This document shows, in pieces, positions 36,997 to 51,400 of a DNA stretch of 64,000 nt (position 1 is the stretch's first letter; each line of letters starts with the position of its first letter). Source of the stretch: Azolla caroliniana (Eukaryota > Plantae > Polypodiophyta). Location of the stretch: assembly GCA_043228905.1 (NCBI GenBank), contig JBHGNT010000017.1:11408001-11472000 (forward strand). Direction: 5' to 3'. The position numbers were made by a program, and so were the translations under genes. Below the pieces are notes generated by a model. That model was given only the letters and a program-made list of their open reading frames with translations. It was not told the origin of the DNA and did not search any database.

Positions 36997-39900
36997 AATA
37001 GGGAACTCCCACGAGTCGAAGGATTTCGTTTGGAGTCGGCTTTTAGACAAACCTCACGTCGATGCTCTACCAGGGGATCTGGAGGTGTCGCAATATTGTT
37101 TCGGAGGGAGCTACATAATAGGACAGAAATACTGAGCACAGACCCAAAAGCTCGTTTTATGTGGGTGAAAGTCTCCACAAGCAAGGACAAGGCAGTATTT
37201 TTCGCCATTTGTTACTTTCCCCCGAAAGGCTCTCGTTATAATCTGGCTGGCGAGGCGAGATTAGTTGATGACGGAGTGCCACATGGGCCTTCCCCATATG
37301 AACCTCTATCGGATGACATAATCCGATATTCTTCCCAAGGAGAAGTATTCCTTGTAGGAGACTTTAATGTGAGAACCCAATCCCGACAATGCACAATATT
37401 TCAAATGAATTGAAACCTAGAAATGGTAAATGTCGATCCTTTAGACATAGACACCACACGTAGATCAAAGGATCAAGGTGCAGACGCCACAAGCTTTGGC
37501 CATCATTTACTCGAACTCAGCAGTCGGCACCAGATGGTCATATATAATGGTTTAGCCAAGTGGCCAGGTTCGGAAGAGCTCACATGTTTCCCACATGGAG
37601 GAGGGGAAAGCACAGTCGATTATCTAATAGGACGCCTTGAAGCTACCCACATGATTAACTCCTTCCAAGTGGCCCCATGTCCTATTAGCGCGGACCATAG
37701 TTTCTTATACTTCGAGCTAAAATGCGATATCTCTAACGTCACCAACTCTAGTCAACTACGCCATGACATCACAATACATTTCCCACATGAGCTCTCTGAC
37801 ATATATGCTCGACATGTTCAAGCCCATCTCTCCTCCCTTGATCCCTCCCTACCTTTAGAGAGCCTTAGTACGAAACTCATACACATCCTTCACTCTGCAA
37901 CAATTAGCAGTTTCCCATACACGAAACACTCCAATCAAGGTAAAGTAGGATCTATGCCACAAAATAGATGGTATGATGAGGATTGTAGGTGCTTACATAA
38001 ACAACTTACAATATCGCAACTCAGTGGTAGTATTACCTCAGTACAAGCTCGTAAAGAAATGTGCAAGATGACACGTCGTAAGAGACAAGCATGGGAGGCA
38101 TCCCAATATTGGGAACTCTACCATATGCTCATGAGTAACGAGATATTGTGCCACTGCATGGAAGAGATTACGGGAACCAAGACCACAAACACCCATCGAA
38201 GATCCCGAAACTTGGCACACTTATACAGAGAGACTTTACCAAATCCCAAACCAACCACCCATTCCAATGCCTTCTACACCCCGACCTACTATGGGGACAC
38301 TCTTCACGACCTCTAGGGTCACGAAGGTCAAAAAGAAATTACAACATAGGAAGTCCATGGACCACATAGGATTGCGAGCAGAACACATCATATATGCGAG
38401 AGAGTGCCTAGCTCCCTTGCTAACTCTAATCTTCAATCGTGCCCTCGCAGAGGGTTTTCCACCACAATGGACCATGAACACAGTGGGCCCCATACATAAA
38501 GGGGGAGACCCCATGGACCCAAATACTTATAGGACCATTATGATAGGTCATACCCTTGCTAAATTATATGGTGCAGTAATGGAGGCAGAGCTTAGCGAGT
38601 ATATGGAGACCTTAAATCTTCGTGCACCTGAACAGGCTGGCTTTAGACGAGCCTTCTCCACTATTGATCATATCTTCACACTTAGATGCTTAATTGACCA
38701 GACTAAGGCTCATAAGAAGAAACTATATTGTTGTTTTGTGGACTTCCGCAAAGCCTTTGACACGGTCCCTAGAGAGCAGTTGTTTGATAGGCTTAAGAGC
38801 TTGAGGATACCAAACGACATGGTTTGGGCCATCTACGCACTATATGAACAAGTGTCCGGGTGTGTTCGATGCCCAGGTGGCATATCCGATAGTTTCACTA
38901 GCACTATTGGTGTAAAACAAGGTTTCCCCTTATCTCCGACTCTTTTTGGGATCTACATTGATGAGATCACAAATTTTAGTGCTCGTAAGGGAGGCAATGG
39001 AGTAGTCCTTGGGGATACGCAGGTGCGTATCTTGCTCTATGCAGACGACATAGTTTTGCTCTCTGAATCCGAACATGACCTACAAAGGCACCTTAATGCC
39101 TTAGATGACTTTTGCACACAACGAGGATTGGTAGTGAATCTAGGGAAAACTAAAGTCCTTATCTTCCACACGTCGGCCCAAGTTAGAGCTAAGTGTCACC
39201 TAACTATCTCCCATAGCCCAGTTGAGGTGGTTGGATCATATGTCTATCTCAGAGTCACTTTCAGTGCCCGCTCAGGTAAATTTTCGATGACACAAGCAGC
39301 GAAGGATAGACTTACAAGAGGACATGCATCCCTCTCACTCCTCGAGAGACAATGCCACCAAGCATACTTCCAAGAGCCACGAACTAAATGGTGGCTCTTT
39401 CACTCATTAGTGACTCCCTCTCTCATGTATGCATCAGCAGTTTGGGCTTCAGAACTACCATCTTTCATGTGGACGCAATTAGAGAGACCATTGGTGATGA
39501 TGTTATCACGCCAACTCCGAAGCAAATCGTCGGTCCCACATGACATTATTAGGGCTGAGTTCACTCTACCCCCTGTGTTAGTAGAAGCACTTTTTCAACC
39601 TGTAGTCTTTATCCACAGGATACATAACCAACCACTTGATAGAATATCCCACCAAGCCTTTAAGGCTTCTCGAGCACTGTATGAGTCCGGCTATACTAGC
39701 TCATGGTATGGCATGATGGTGAGTTGGCTTCTTGCCAACGGTCTAGACATTAATAACCTCCCCCCCCTTAAGTACGACCACACGACTGATAACACTTTAA
39801 TCTCTCATGAGGACCGTAATAAAATAATACGCCAAGAAATATGGCAAATTTATACTCGGTATAAATGGATCACCCCACTAGAGCCACTCCCACCTAAAAT

Positions 39901-40760
39901 GTTGTACTATAAGGAACACTTTATGCACTTCTCTGAGTTAGGTTTTATCACGCGCCCAAAATATCTAGATGTATTCTTACCACATGCACTAAGGGTTGTC
40001 ATTGGTCAACTTAGAATATCATCTCACCAACTTGAGATTGAGAATGGACGTACTAATGGAGTCCCTAGGGAGGAAAGGATATGTAGGTTATGCCACATAG
40101 AGATAGAGGATGAGTACCATTTTACATGCAAATGCCCCACCTATGCCGAGATAAGGGCAAAATACCAAGACATACTTGGTTCCTCTCCCACCCTCCCTAA
40201 ACTATTAGATACACTAGATATAAAGAAATTAGGTAGATACATCTTAGAATTGAAACAACACAGAGAGAATAAGTTACAAAATGTTGATAATAATGTTGCT
40301 AATGTTTACCAACATGTAACAAATGAAGTTTTTCAGGAACAAGGGGAGACAATGAATGTTGACACACCTACACCACTCGGGTTTTTCCTTGATGAAGCAG
40401 AAAATCAAAGAAGAACCAAACGCCCTTGGATGTTGGGTTTCAAAGCAACTCGACGAGATGGAGAAGCAATAAAGAAAATAAGGGAACGTGAACTACACCG
40501 CCTAGAAGCCATGGCTAGGGCACTCTAGGCATCGGGACCATGGGTCACACCCACACCAAAAACTTTTGACCTCCCACTTCTTTTTGAGAGACTTGGGTGG
40601 AAATGAGATTAGGCTTAGTGCAAAGTTTTGTACACTACTAGAACTTTCTTAGCTTAAGCTATTTTCTTTTATTTTAGTTTTGATGATTGGATAAACACTC
40701 ATTTTTGTTGTAACCCAATTGTCTCATGGGCCAAATTTGGCCTTAGGAGACGTTAATATA
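36997..40760 (+). mobile_element. LINE ORF2 (APE-RT, RTE/RTEX-like) and 3' UTR ending in (CT)n
   Basis: APE motifs (GDFNV, STVDY, ADH); RT in 38267..40528 (QAGFR, FVDFRKAFD, GVKQG.PLSP, LLYADD); C-terminal RICRLC..EDEYHF..C motif; one stop and one frameshift. Clade assignment is tentative. Confidence 0.93.

Positions 40761-40764
<4 letters not shown>

Positions 40765-40825
<61 letters not shown>
40765..40825. repeat. (CT)n microsatellite, right flank/tail of LINE
   Basis: Direct reading of the sequence. Confidence 0.98.
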
Positions 40826-40827
<2 letters not shown>

Positions 40828-41877
40828 TTCTCTATGCTGCTAGATAGCAACTACCCATATACACCTAATCTAGATCAACATGGCTCTAATACCATGTTAG
40901 AAATATTGAGAATCGATTAGATAGGTATATAGAGTTACAATTATAGAGATGGATTGTTACGGGCATGACCATATAATATCCCGTGGTGAGAATTTACCGT
41001 AGTATTCTATACACATGGATATCGACACCGATTGAGGCTCGAGTCCGTCTCTGGTGTTGGCACGCTCGCGACAAGAGTTGACCCACCACAAGACAGAGTC
41101 TCGATGTAGTCAACAAGATTCTCAAATGAGGGTAGTTATGCCTCTATTTATAGGATCCCCAAGGCCCCCAGCCATGTTCACACTTGGCCTAATGGGTTGT
41201 TTCAATCCCGAGGATTCCTCCCCTTCTTTACACTCTCATTTAACCCTCACACTTATCCACGTGTATAGAATACTACGGTAAATTCTCACCACGGGATATT
41301 ATATGGTCATGCCCGTAACATGGATATATGAAAACAAAACTTCTATTACATATGAGAGTAGCTCACAATGGTAGTTTACCCATGCGCTCACACCTTAGAG
41401 CTTAGATAGGATATGGACTGATGATCAATCCAACCACTGTGTAAGAAAGTGGATTATATTCTATGTTTGGTCTGAGTATAACATTAAATGTGCAAGTCAG
41501 TTGATAGTAGTGAAGATATTCCTTTTTTGTGAACTGACTTGTCATTTAATATGATCCAATTCCCTAGATATAGGTTAGTGCTAGATAGTACTTATCTTGA
41601 AGTCAATGGCACATATTTCAAGACTAAGTACATCGTAACTTACCCACAAAATATTCTAGTTGACTTGATTAGCCAATCCTATTACCTATTTCGCTCTTTC
41701 CTAAATACATTGTGTCCTACACATCTACGGTTTCCTAGATTAACACCTTATCAACCCATATGGTCGAGTTGCACACTAGTCACTCCTCATTTGGGGCGCT
41801 ATCCCAAAATGTGCACTCTAAGAGCACATATGGGGATAGATTTACAACTTCAGGCTGATCATTGATTATATCTAACA
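40826..41877 (-). mobile_element. Copia leader, PBS and 5' LTR (LTR 40895-41877)
   Basis: PBS gctctaatacca 40883-40894 (tRNA-iMet, 1 mismatch) directly abuts TGTTAGA; the matching TCTAACA is at 41871-41877. Confidence 0.75.
40955..41320. mobile_element. 366-bp LTR-derived element with 67-bp terminal inverted repeats
   Basis: 40955-41021 is the reverse complement of 41254-41320 (1 mismatch); TSD TGGAT (40950-40954, 41321-41325); the body is homologous to the chromovirus LTRs at 31460 and 35734. Confidence 0.93.
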
Positions 41878-44800
41878 GAACTCAAATCATCTGATTTTAT
41901 TTACTGTGCCTTAAAAGTTTCATTCATGGGTAGAGCAGAATAACAAGATTGAGGTGACAATTAGATTTTGGAAATTGTTGGTTTTTCATGGCTGTAAAAA
42001 TTATCAGAGACCTCGGATAAAACTGAACTCTAAAACATTACTTCATCTATTTGTTACTAATTTTCTTAAAGGCAAAATCATGCATATGAGGTAAACCGTG
42101 ATCACATATATTGGCAGCTTCAAGTTATAATATAGTGAAACATTCGATAAACATTCACCTACTCTTTCCATATTCATAATTTTGACGGGTAGAATTCTGA
42201 TATCTAGCAAGAGTGCTTGATAGGATGTTTGTTTAATCTTGAAGATGTTAATAACAAACTATTTTTGTATGCCCTTGAGGGAGTTGGTGATGAACTATTT
42301 TGAGGATGGTTGCATTTGTTCTTGAAATAGCTGATTGCTCAAACATTTATAGATGATTCATTATGTTCTTAAAAATCCACAAGCGACCATGTAACCAACC
42401 AATTTGGCTTGGCATCATGATTGCAAATTAATGTGCATGATCAGGATGGAGGCTATGTGATGAAAATTAAAAGACAATAAGCTGATCTTGAATGTCATGA
42501 TTGAATATTGGCACAAGTTAATGTTTGGGTCACTTAGGTTACATGTTCAATGTTGATGTCTTACCCTTTTAAAGTTTGAGATGGATCTTAGTTACAATCT
42601 TGGATATTGAAAGTCTTTGATTGTTTAGGAGTTTATTCAAAAGAAAATGATCAACAATGATTTCTCATATTACCAATGCTAACTTTCACATAAAGCATAC
42701 TCTTATGGAAGGCATCAAGACCAAGCATGGCTTGAGTTTCATGGAGTCATATATGTAACCCAAAGTTGTTAGGGAATGCAATCTTATTAAATTTGGATGC
42801 TCTTATGGTAGAGTGAAAATTTAGCGTGTCAAATGGTATTTGTCTAATCACTCAAGCTTCGGCGGAGACTAATGTTTTGTGGAAAAGATTGATCTACTAC
42901 AATAAAGCAATGATTGAAGTCACATGGTTGTATTTGTATGTTGTCAATATTATTTAAATGTTAAGAATTTGTTATGGTTCACAGTTAAGTGCTCTCTTGG
43001 TCAATTGGCAACTGTTGATGAGCAAGGAACATAATAAATCTTATGTCTTTCAAAAAATTTGGTTTGTCGTAAATTCAATTGTGTTCCAAAGCATTGGTTG
43101 GTTTGTATATTCGTAGACTGCTATTTAACTGCCATGTACGAAGATTAATCAACTTTAGCTTAAATTATGCATATCCACAATTTTATTCAACTTCAAGTAA
43201 ATTAAACAATATGCAACTCTTGGAGATATTCAAGATCTTAAGAGAATTCATCCTTTACAAACAAAACACACTTTAGTTATGTGTAAATATGTGAAGGATG
43301 TTATTCTTACCATTCATGGAGACCCTAAATCTCTTACTAAGGTGATTAATCTAGTTATAGAATGTGATAATCATTTATTGGAGTAGTGTATTATGCATCA
43401 TCAATAGTCATGCCCTAGATCAAAGTAGACATGCCTTGACGGTGACAACACCATGTTCAATCTTCGCATTTGCATCGAAATCTAGTTTGATGTATGACCA
43501 TACTCCAAGGGAGATCATATCAATATGCCATGAAGGATCTTTGCCGACAATTAACTGATGTTGTTGATCAAACTATTAATGTTTGCAATGTCCTAATCTA
43601 GGCCACATAATGGTAAATTCTCCATCCAAACCAAAACATCAAGTAAAAACCATGTGCACATGATAATCTTGTTTGTAGTTCATCAATTAGTTCTAATAAT
43701 CCCAGTAAGCTTATTAGCTTGATCCACGATGATAATTTGAAAGTTCTTGAGTTATTTACAAAATGTGTTAAATAAGTAATTTCCACTAGAACAGGAACCC
43801 TTTCATTACAAAATCCAAGATATGTAGAACAAGTTCCTAGTTCCATTTCATTGAATAGAGTTAGCAAAGTTTTTGTGCTAAATTAAAAACCAAATCCTTG
43901 GTATTAGATTCCTTGTGAATTGATTTTTCAATAGATATACTCCCATATGAAGTAGATTGCAAAGATGTTTAATGGAAGTTGGGAAATGTTCAAAATCAAT
44001 GATTACAACTCACCTTTTTCGCTGACAAAGGTGAATGAGACAAGAAAAATATGAGAGAGCGTCCAAGTATTAGACGCTAGTCTAGAGTTTAGAGTCTAAT
44101 ACTTTTACACCAACGAAGGAGAAACGGACAAGAATATTTGAAAGAGAATCCACGTATTAGACTCTAGTATTGTGTATCTATTCTGCAAAGATATGACTTG
44201 AGCTATTTGATAGGACCATTGATAAAGTTTATAGTTGACATTGCAAAGAGACTTTGGTAAGACAATATGCATATTCAAATGAATTTGAAGGGTAAGATTG
44301 GGTTTTCTATAAAGTTTTGTCCAGGAACTAAGATGGTCAAACTTTGTGATTTGAAATATTTACAAGATGATATTGCATCGTACAAAGGCTTAGGGGATTA
44401 ATATATAGCCCCAACATAAGATACAACGTAAGGAAATATCATTATGAAGAGCATAAAAAGTACTTGTTAAAGATTGATTCTCTTTTCAAATGAGAATATA
44501 TATGTTTGGATTAACTCAACTTTCTTCCAATCAGTTTGTATGTTCTCACATTACCAAAAGGTTTTCACCTTCTCCTGCCTCTATTGTTTTTCTCAATATA
44601 AAATATTTATTCCACATTCTACTTGCCCTCATGCCTGTCCACATCTTCTCATTTCTAAAATGCCAACACCAAGCTTTACTATTTCTAAAATGTCACTATA
44701 CCAAGCTTCTCTCCCTAGTACTCATAGCCATTAAGCCCCTCTTTACCCACACATTTGATGCGCGAACACAGATTATACCATATGTGCAAAGAATATATAT

Positions 44801-45294
44801 GACATTTGTTGGTATTCATGCAAACTCTGATGAGAACCTTGATGGCCAAACCAACATATACAATGTTGCTTGCTGTCTTTATGACCATTCTTTACGTAAT
44901 TGCTCTTGTGCATGCCCTTGTCTACATGAACATATAACATAAAGAGGAGGCCTTAGATAGGTAGTCTGCACATTAGACATTGGAAAACAAGCAGATTTGT
45001 CACAAATCCAAACGGAAAGCTGCCTCCATATGCAAATATATGCTAACATACAGCTCCCGAACTCCCTTAACGAAAAGTCTGTAATGCCCATGAATATTAT
45101 ATTAGACAGACATGGCCGATTTCCAGAGATAGAAATGGCCAAGAAGTTTAGGAATTTCTGTCAGATATAGGTCAACAATTTCACTTTACAATTATCTGTT
45201 TTCAGCTAATCTCAATTATTATTGGTTTACTCAATGGGGATCCTTGTTTCAGCTGTGCAAACTACTATGGCAATAAGCTGTTTCCTGCCTATAT

Positions 45295-48289
45295 CTACAG
45301 AAACCAGAAGCTGAAAGATAAGCTCAAGTCACAGGATCTCACATAATGCCACCTACATTCCACAATTTAAAATTAGTTGTGCCCTCTCAAGTATATGTTA
45401 AGCAATAGTCGGAATAAGAGAACAGAACATACCATTTCATAGGAATATAAATCATTTCGCCTGCTGTAAGTTTGCACTCAAAGTATGGTGCATTCTGTAA
45501 ATCAGGCCATTTTCTCAAGGCATCCGGGGCATCAATATCCACCTGCGACAAATATACAAGATTCTCATTAAAACTCTCTCAAGTTCATTTTTACAGTCTG
45601 CAAAAATAAAAATCTACCTCTGATGTGTTGCGCAAATATAAATTGGTCTTAAAGGGATAGAGCTTTGTGCTCTCTGATGGCGAGTATAGACGTATGTACT
45701 TTGATCCCCACACCTGCATTCACAGGGGATGCCAAAACTCTCTTAATCTCCCTCTCCTGTATTAAGATCAATATCATGATCTTTATGCATTCTACATCTT
45801 TTATTTTTGATTCGGTGTGGGTAACCTAAAGCCAACCATATTCTAAGGATGATTTGACTCATACACCAATTTTAGCCTCTGGTAAATGATAATATAGCTT
45901 TCTTCCTGTCTCTAAAAAGGGGGCAGATCATAATTAACTGTCTAAAATATAACTACCAAGAATTAATAATTTCAAACTACCTATTAAGAGTTATTAGTAT
46001 ATGAAACACCATGTTACTATGTGTAAAAACATTTATATGCAGATAGTAAGCAATAGTAGTATAAAATTGTAGTGCCATCATCCATAGTTACAAGCACACG
46101 TAGAACTTATCTACACTATCTGCTGCAAATTTTATATTACAGTCAAAAGTAAGTTTTCTTTACATGAAAAAGACAAACAGTCAGGTAGGAAATGGCCACA
46201 TTGCATAAAACGTTTTCCATGGGTAAGAACCAGATTGATGGTTATGTGTATTATTATGATCTGGTGTTCAGCTCAAACCTCAAAAGACTTGCAGCCTAGT
46301 GGTGACCTCTCCAACAATTATCCTCTACCTTCTCAAATTCACAGAGATGGATATTCAGAGTCAATATATCAGGCTGCAAAACTCAAAACCTCGAAAATCC
46401 TGTTCTGGTAAGGAAAAACTACTGACTAATACTTCTGTGTTTCTGAATAAAAAACAATTTCTTGTTTATTTAAATATGCTTGGTCTATGGGGACTTCCAA
46501 AATTCCTGAAAAATGAGATAGGAGACGTGACTGGTCCTCTTTTTGGATAATTCAATGGCTTTTTCAAATTGATAATGAACAGTCTGAAAACTCAGAAAAT
46601 GGTGATGCTAGTTTTATTTGAACTATGCATTTCAAATCCAAGTTCAATCACCATGCTTACACTCATATTTGCTAGAGTGGCTAAACCTGTTAACATGCGA
46701 GAAACATAGATTCTCATGCTTAAAGTCAAACTTTGCCAAGGATTTTGAGAAAGTCAAGAATGCCCTTTCTCATGGCGGCAAAAATTTAGGGGATTTACTT
46801 ACTCTATGGAGACCTTGACATTTTGTTCTTTTGGCGGATACCACCTTTCCTCATTATAGGAGATATACTTATGAACTGTAGGAAGATAATTGAAGCTAGA
46901 AATATATAGTAAATTTTTAATGCCATATGGAGCTCCAGAATAATCTATAATTATCTCCGACCAACATTTCTTGAAGATCTTGCAACCCATTAAACTCTGT
47001 ACAGTCTCCTACACTTCAGCAAAGAGAGTCAATGGTTATAGAACTAATGAATTCGTCATCACTTTCATTAGCTGGGATGAACAATCTATATAAAACATAT
47101 TTGGTTGTTTTCTAAACTTGGATGTAATCTTAGACAAATACTCAAAAATTTGAAGTACGCGAGAACATTAATATGGTCATTATATGTTTCATTTCTAAGA
47201 ACTAATTTCTAAACAACATTAATAGGTTTGTGCCAGAACATTTTCATTACTTTGGGGACCAGTGATTATCTTAATGTATGCATACTGGTAACAAACTATA
47301 GAGACAGTTGTCCATATGCACATGATGAAATCCTTCAGTAATGTCGCAAAGAATAGAGCTTGAGGAAATTGATACGTCTCCTTTTGGGATGCCCTTAGAA
47401 ATTGTCATGAGATATGTTTCTTCAGTATATGCTTCATATTGAGTTAGAAGAAAACTTGAAAAACAGAAAACTTGATTAAAAGATTATTCAGTTTGTGGCC
47501 ACCTAAACCATATATTTTATCACATGAATGTGACAGCACAACTTTTGATTAAAGCTTATGAAAGCATCTCAACCTATCTGAAGCATTGATTAAGTAGGTA
47601 GTGTTTAATGCAACAATTTGAGATAATGCAATGCTCTTAGTTTATATGAAATTGATTATCTTGTGGATTGATATGACTCATATGATCTCGACAAAAAGCT
47701 TGTGTCGAGCTCCCACATAAATCTTGAGATGAATAATGCTTTTGTGGAGATTTTGACTAAGAGCCTCTGAAATAGCATGCATGCTATGAAGATACATTAT
47801 TGAATTGTTGTTTGTTGTTTGTTGTTTATGTAAATTCTACATAACACCTTACAGAGCATTGATTGCTTGCAGCAAATTCCAGCAAGTTCTCATGGTTGTT
47901 CTTTCTGCATGAATCAATTTGCTATCTCATTTTGTCAAATTTTGCAATTTATACACAATAAATGCTATGAAGATACATTTTTTAATTGTTGTTTGTTGTT
48001 TTACATTCTCCATAACAGCTTATAGGGCATTGATTGCTTGCACCAAATTCCAGCAAGTTCTCATGGTTGTTCTTTTTGCATGAATCAATTCACAGCAAAA
48101 TTAGCAATGATTTACCTGCTCTAAATGGATGCTTAATATTTTCATGGCTCTTTCAAGTAAACAAAATTACCTGAGCTAATATGTTGTGATATGGGTCTCG
48201 ATGCAAAGGTGTGATAGTTCCATGAGGACCAAGCCAAATATTCCTTTGATAGATTCCACCACTTAATTTAGCATATTCAGGGTCCCTGT

Positions 48290-48365
<76 letters not shown>

Positions 48366-48387
48366 GACCTCCAAAGATGATAATATA

Positions 48388-48419
<32 letters not shown>

Positions 48420-51400
48420 CTCAAATTATATCACCATCACCTAGGCCCCATCTCATAGATCGCAAATTATATCTTGTGGACATTAAGAAAGATATATATA
48501 TCATGAAGTTATGACGTCTACAAGTGGATTCTTGACCAAGTCACTCAAAAGGGATTACAATGGGGTAGGTAATAGCATGTTTCATGAAAGTAGGCCATGA
48601 CCATTTGGACCACAGCATCACTACCCATGTCATCGACAAAGAAAGGATATTATCACCCAGCATTGAAGGTGCTAGGAGTAGCTCACGTTTCAGATTTTTC
48701 AAAGACGAACCTGTCAGTCTATCTAGGTTTGGAGCTTTAAGTTCTTCGATATTTAGATTCTTTAGTATCATATGCTTAGTTGGTATTTATTTGGTTTGTC
48801 TAAAAGACACAAAAAACATTGTAAGATATAATCTCTTGTTTGGTTTATATGCCATTGTAACCTCTTAAAAGACATTAAAATGGCTTTCTTTCTCTTTCTC
48901 TCTCTTTTGTAGATTTTAGCTTTTGCCACGGTTTTAGAATTTCATTCATGCTATGTCTTAAGGTTTTATGTGCTGCATGTTTAGGTTTTCATTCCTGCCA
49001 CGTTCTTAGAGTTTCATGTCTTTTGATTTTACGATTTCAAACCCATTTCATGTTTAGGGTTTCTTGTTTGTTCCGTTTTTAGACTTCCCTTGTCCTATGT
49101 TCCTTTGGGAGGGAGAAGAGGATTTTTGCTACTTTGCTTTACAATGCTCTTCATCTCTAATGCACAAGTTGTTGGGAATAAAGGGCCATCGTGCCTTTTA
49201 TTAGTGCACGAGTGTGAACGCACTCGTAGCACATTTTTTACTTGTATATACATTATCTTTGTACCCAAGACAACGTGCATCTCTCTCTTTCTCTCTCCCT
49301 TTATCTCTCACTCAAACTCTCTCCTTCTCTGGTTGACCTAAACCCTAATCCTCGTGCTGCCCTTCAAACTGGTATCAAAGCAAGGTTTAGGGTTTTTTGC
49401 AGAGCAGATCACGTTTTTCTGCATAACAGGTCCTTTTTTCTACAGAGCAGGTTTGGTCCTCCATTTGGGCTAAGAAATCATGACTAGCAACAATGACAAT
49501 AGCCACCTTATGCACATCAAGAAGCTTGAGGGTGCACATAACTTTGCGGTATGGAAAAAGCAGTGCTACAATATCCTGTTGCAGAAGAAGCATGCAAAGC
49601 CTATTAAAGTCAAAGGGGTAGACCAAGATGATTGGCAAGAGTTGAACGAGTTTGCACGCTCGACTATTGAGTTGTCAATTTCTGATGTCTTGTTATTTAA
49701 TATTGAAGGTTTGGACTCTGCCTACAGATATAGACTAAGATGATTGGCAAGAGTTGAATGAGCTTGCATGCTCGACTATTGAGTTGTCAATTTTTTATGC
49801 CTTGCTATTTAATATTGAAGGTTTGGACTCTGCCTATTCTATATGGACTAGACTAGAGGAACTGTATGCCCAGAAAACGGCAGCTAGCAAAGTTTATTGG
49901 CTTGAGAAACTTATGGATTTGCACATGACAGAGGGCACACCCATGTCCACTCACCTGAGTGAGTTCAATTCCATTTTCAGCCAGCTGGTTGCCTTGAAAT
50001 TCATCATTGATGATGAGTTTAAGGCCACGTTTTTACTTTGCAGCTTGCCAGAAAGTTGGGATACTTTCAGGACTGCTATGAGCAATTCAAATGCGATGCT
50101 TCTTTATGCCAATGTAGAGAGTTCTCTACTCATGGAAGAGATGAGTCGGCAAAACAATGCATCCAATAAGTCCTCTAGTGCGCTGCATACGAGGGGTAGG
50201 TCACAACAAAGAGGCAAATCTGATAGTTATGGCCGTAGTAAATCACGTAATAAAGCTGTAGAATGCCATCACTGTGGCAAAAAGGGTCACTTTAAACGTG
50301 ATTGCTTCAAATGGAAGAAAGAGAAAGGAAAGAGCAAGAAGCTAGATGATTGCATAGAAGAAAAGAGAGACATTCAACCGAGGAAAGGCAATACTAAAAT
50401 TGAAGAGGTGAATGTCGTCACTCATGACAGTGATAGTGGAAATGATGTACTCTTTGTCTCTTCATGCCATAGAGAACATGCTTTACTTGCAGATACGGAT
50501 GGTGACATGCACAGTTGGATACTCGATTCCGGTGCTTCTTTTCACGTCACCCCTCATCGTGAGTGGTTTCCAGATTACACAGGGGGTCGACATGGTGTTA
50601 TCCATCTTGGGGACAACTATGCATGTGAAATTGCAGGTATTGGCACTGTGCAATTACAGTTTTAGCATGGTTCTGCTTTCACACTTCAGCATGTACGACA
50701 TGCACCTCAGCTCGAGAAGAGCTTGATTAGCACAAGACAGCTAGATGACGATGGATTTCACACCACCTTTGGTGATGGGAAATGGAAAATTTGCAAGGGA
50801 TCTAGACTTATTGCCAAGGGTAGTAAAAGTGATACTTTGTATCCTCTCCATGTATCTAGTGTGAGTGACCATGTTGTTGCCATAATCGAGCAACCAAGTG
50901 TTTCTTTGTGGCATGGCCGGTTGGGACACATGAGTGAAACTGGTATGAAAGTACTTTCTCATTTGGGTTACTTGCCATGTCTTCATTATGCTGATTTTGA
51001 ACATTGTGATCATCGCATTTATGGTAAACATGTACAAACATCTCATAAAAAGTCTCTTTCGCTGAAGTCTTCCCCGCTTGAGTTAGTACATTCAGATGTA
51101 TGTCAGATGCCAGGGCTATCATTAGGGGGAAAGAAATACTTAAGTCACTTTTGTCGATGATGCTACACGAAAGGTATGGGTTTACCCTATTCTATTCATA
51201 GCAAGGATGAAGTGCTCGACAAGTCTCAAACATTCTTGGCATTAGTTGAGAATCAAATTGATAAGACACTTAAGTGTCTTTGTTCTGACAATGGTGGGGA
51301 ATATGGGTCCAAGGCTTTTCAAGCATTTTGTGACAGCAAAGGGATAAAGAGGGAATTCACTGCCCCTTATAATCCACCCCAAAATGAAGTTGCAGAGCGT

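Noticed and set aside
44474-45142. ORFs downstream of the JmjC stop codon
   Set aside because: No motifs and AT-rich; most likely 3' UTR or intergenic sequence.
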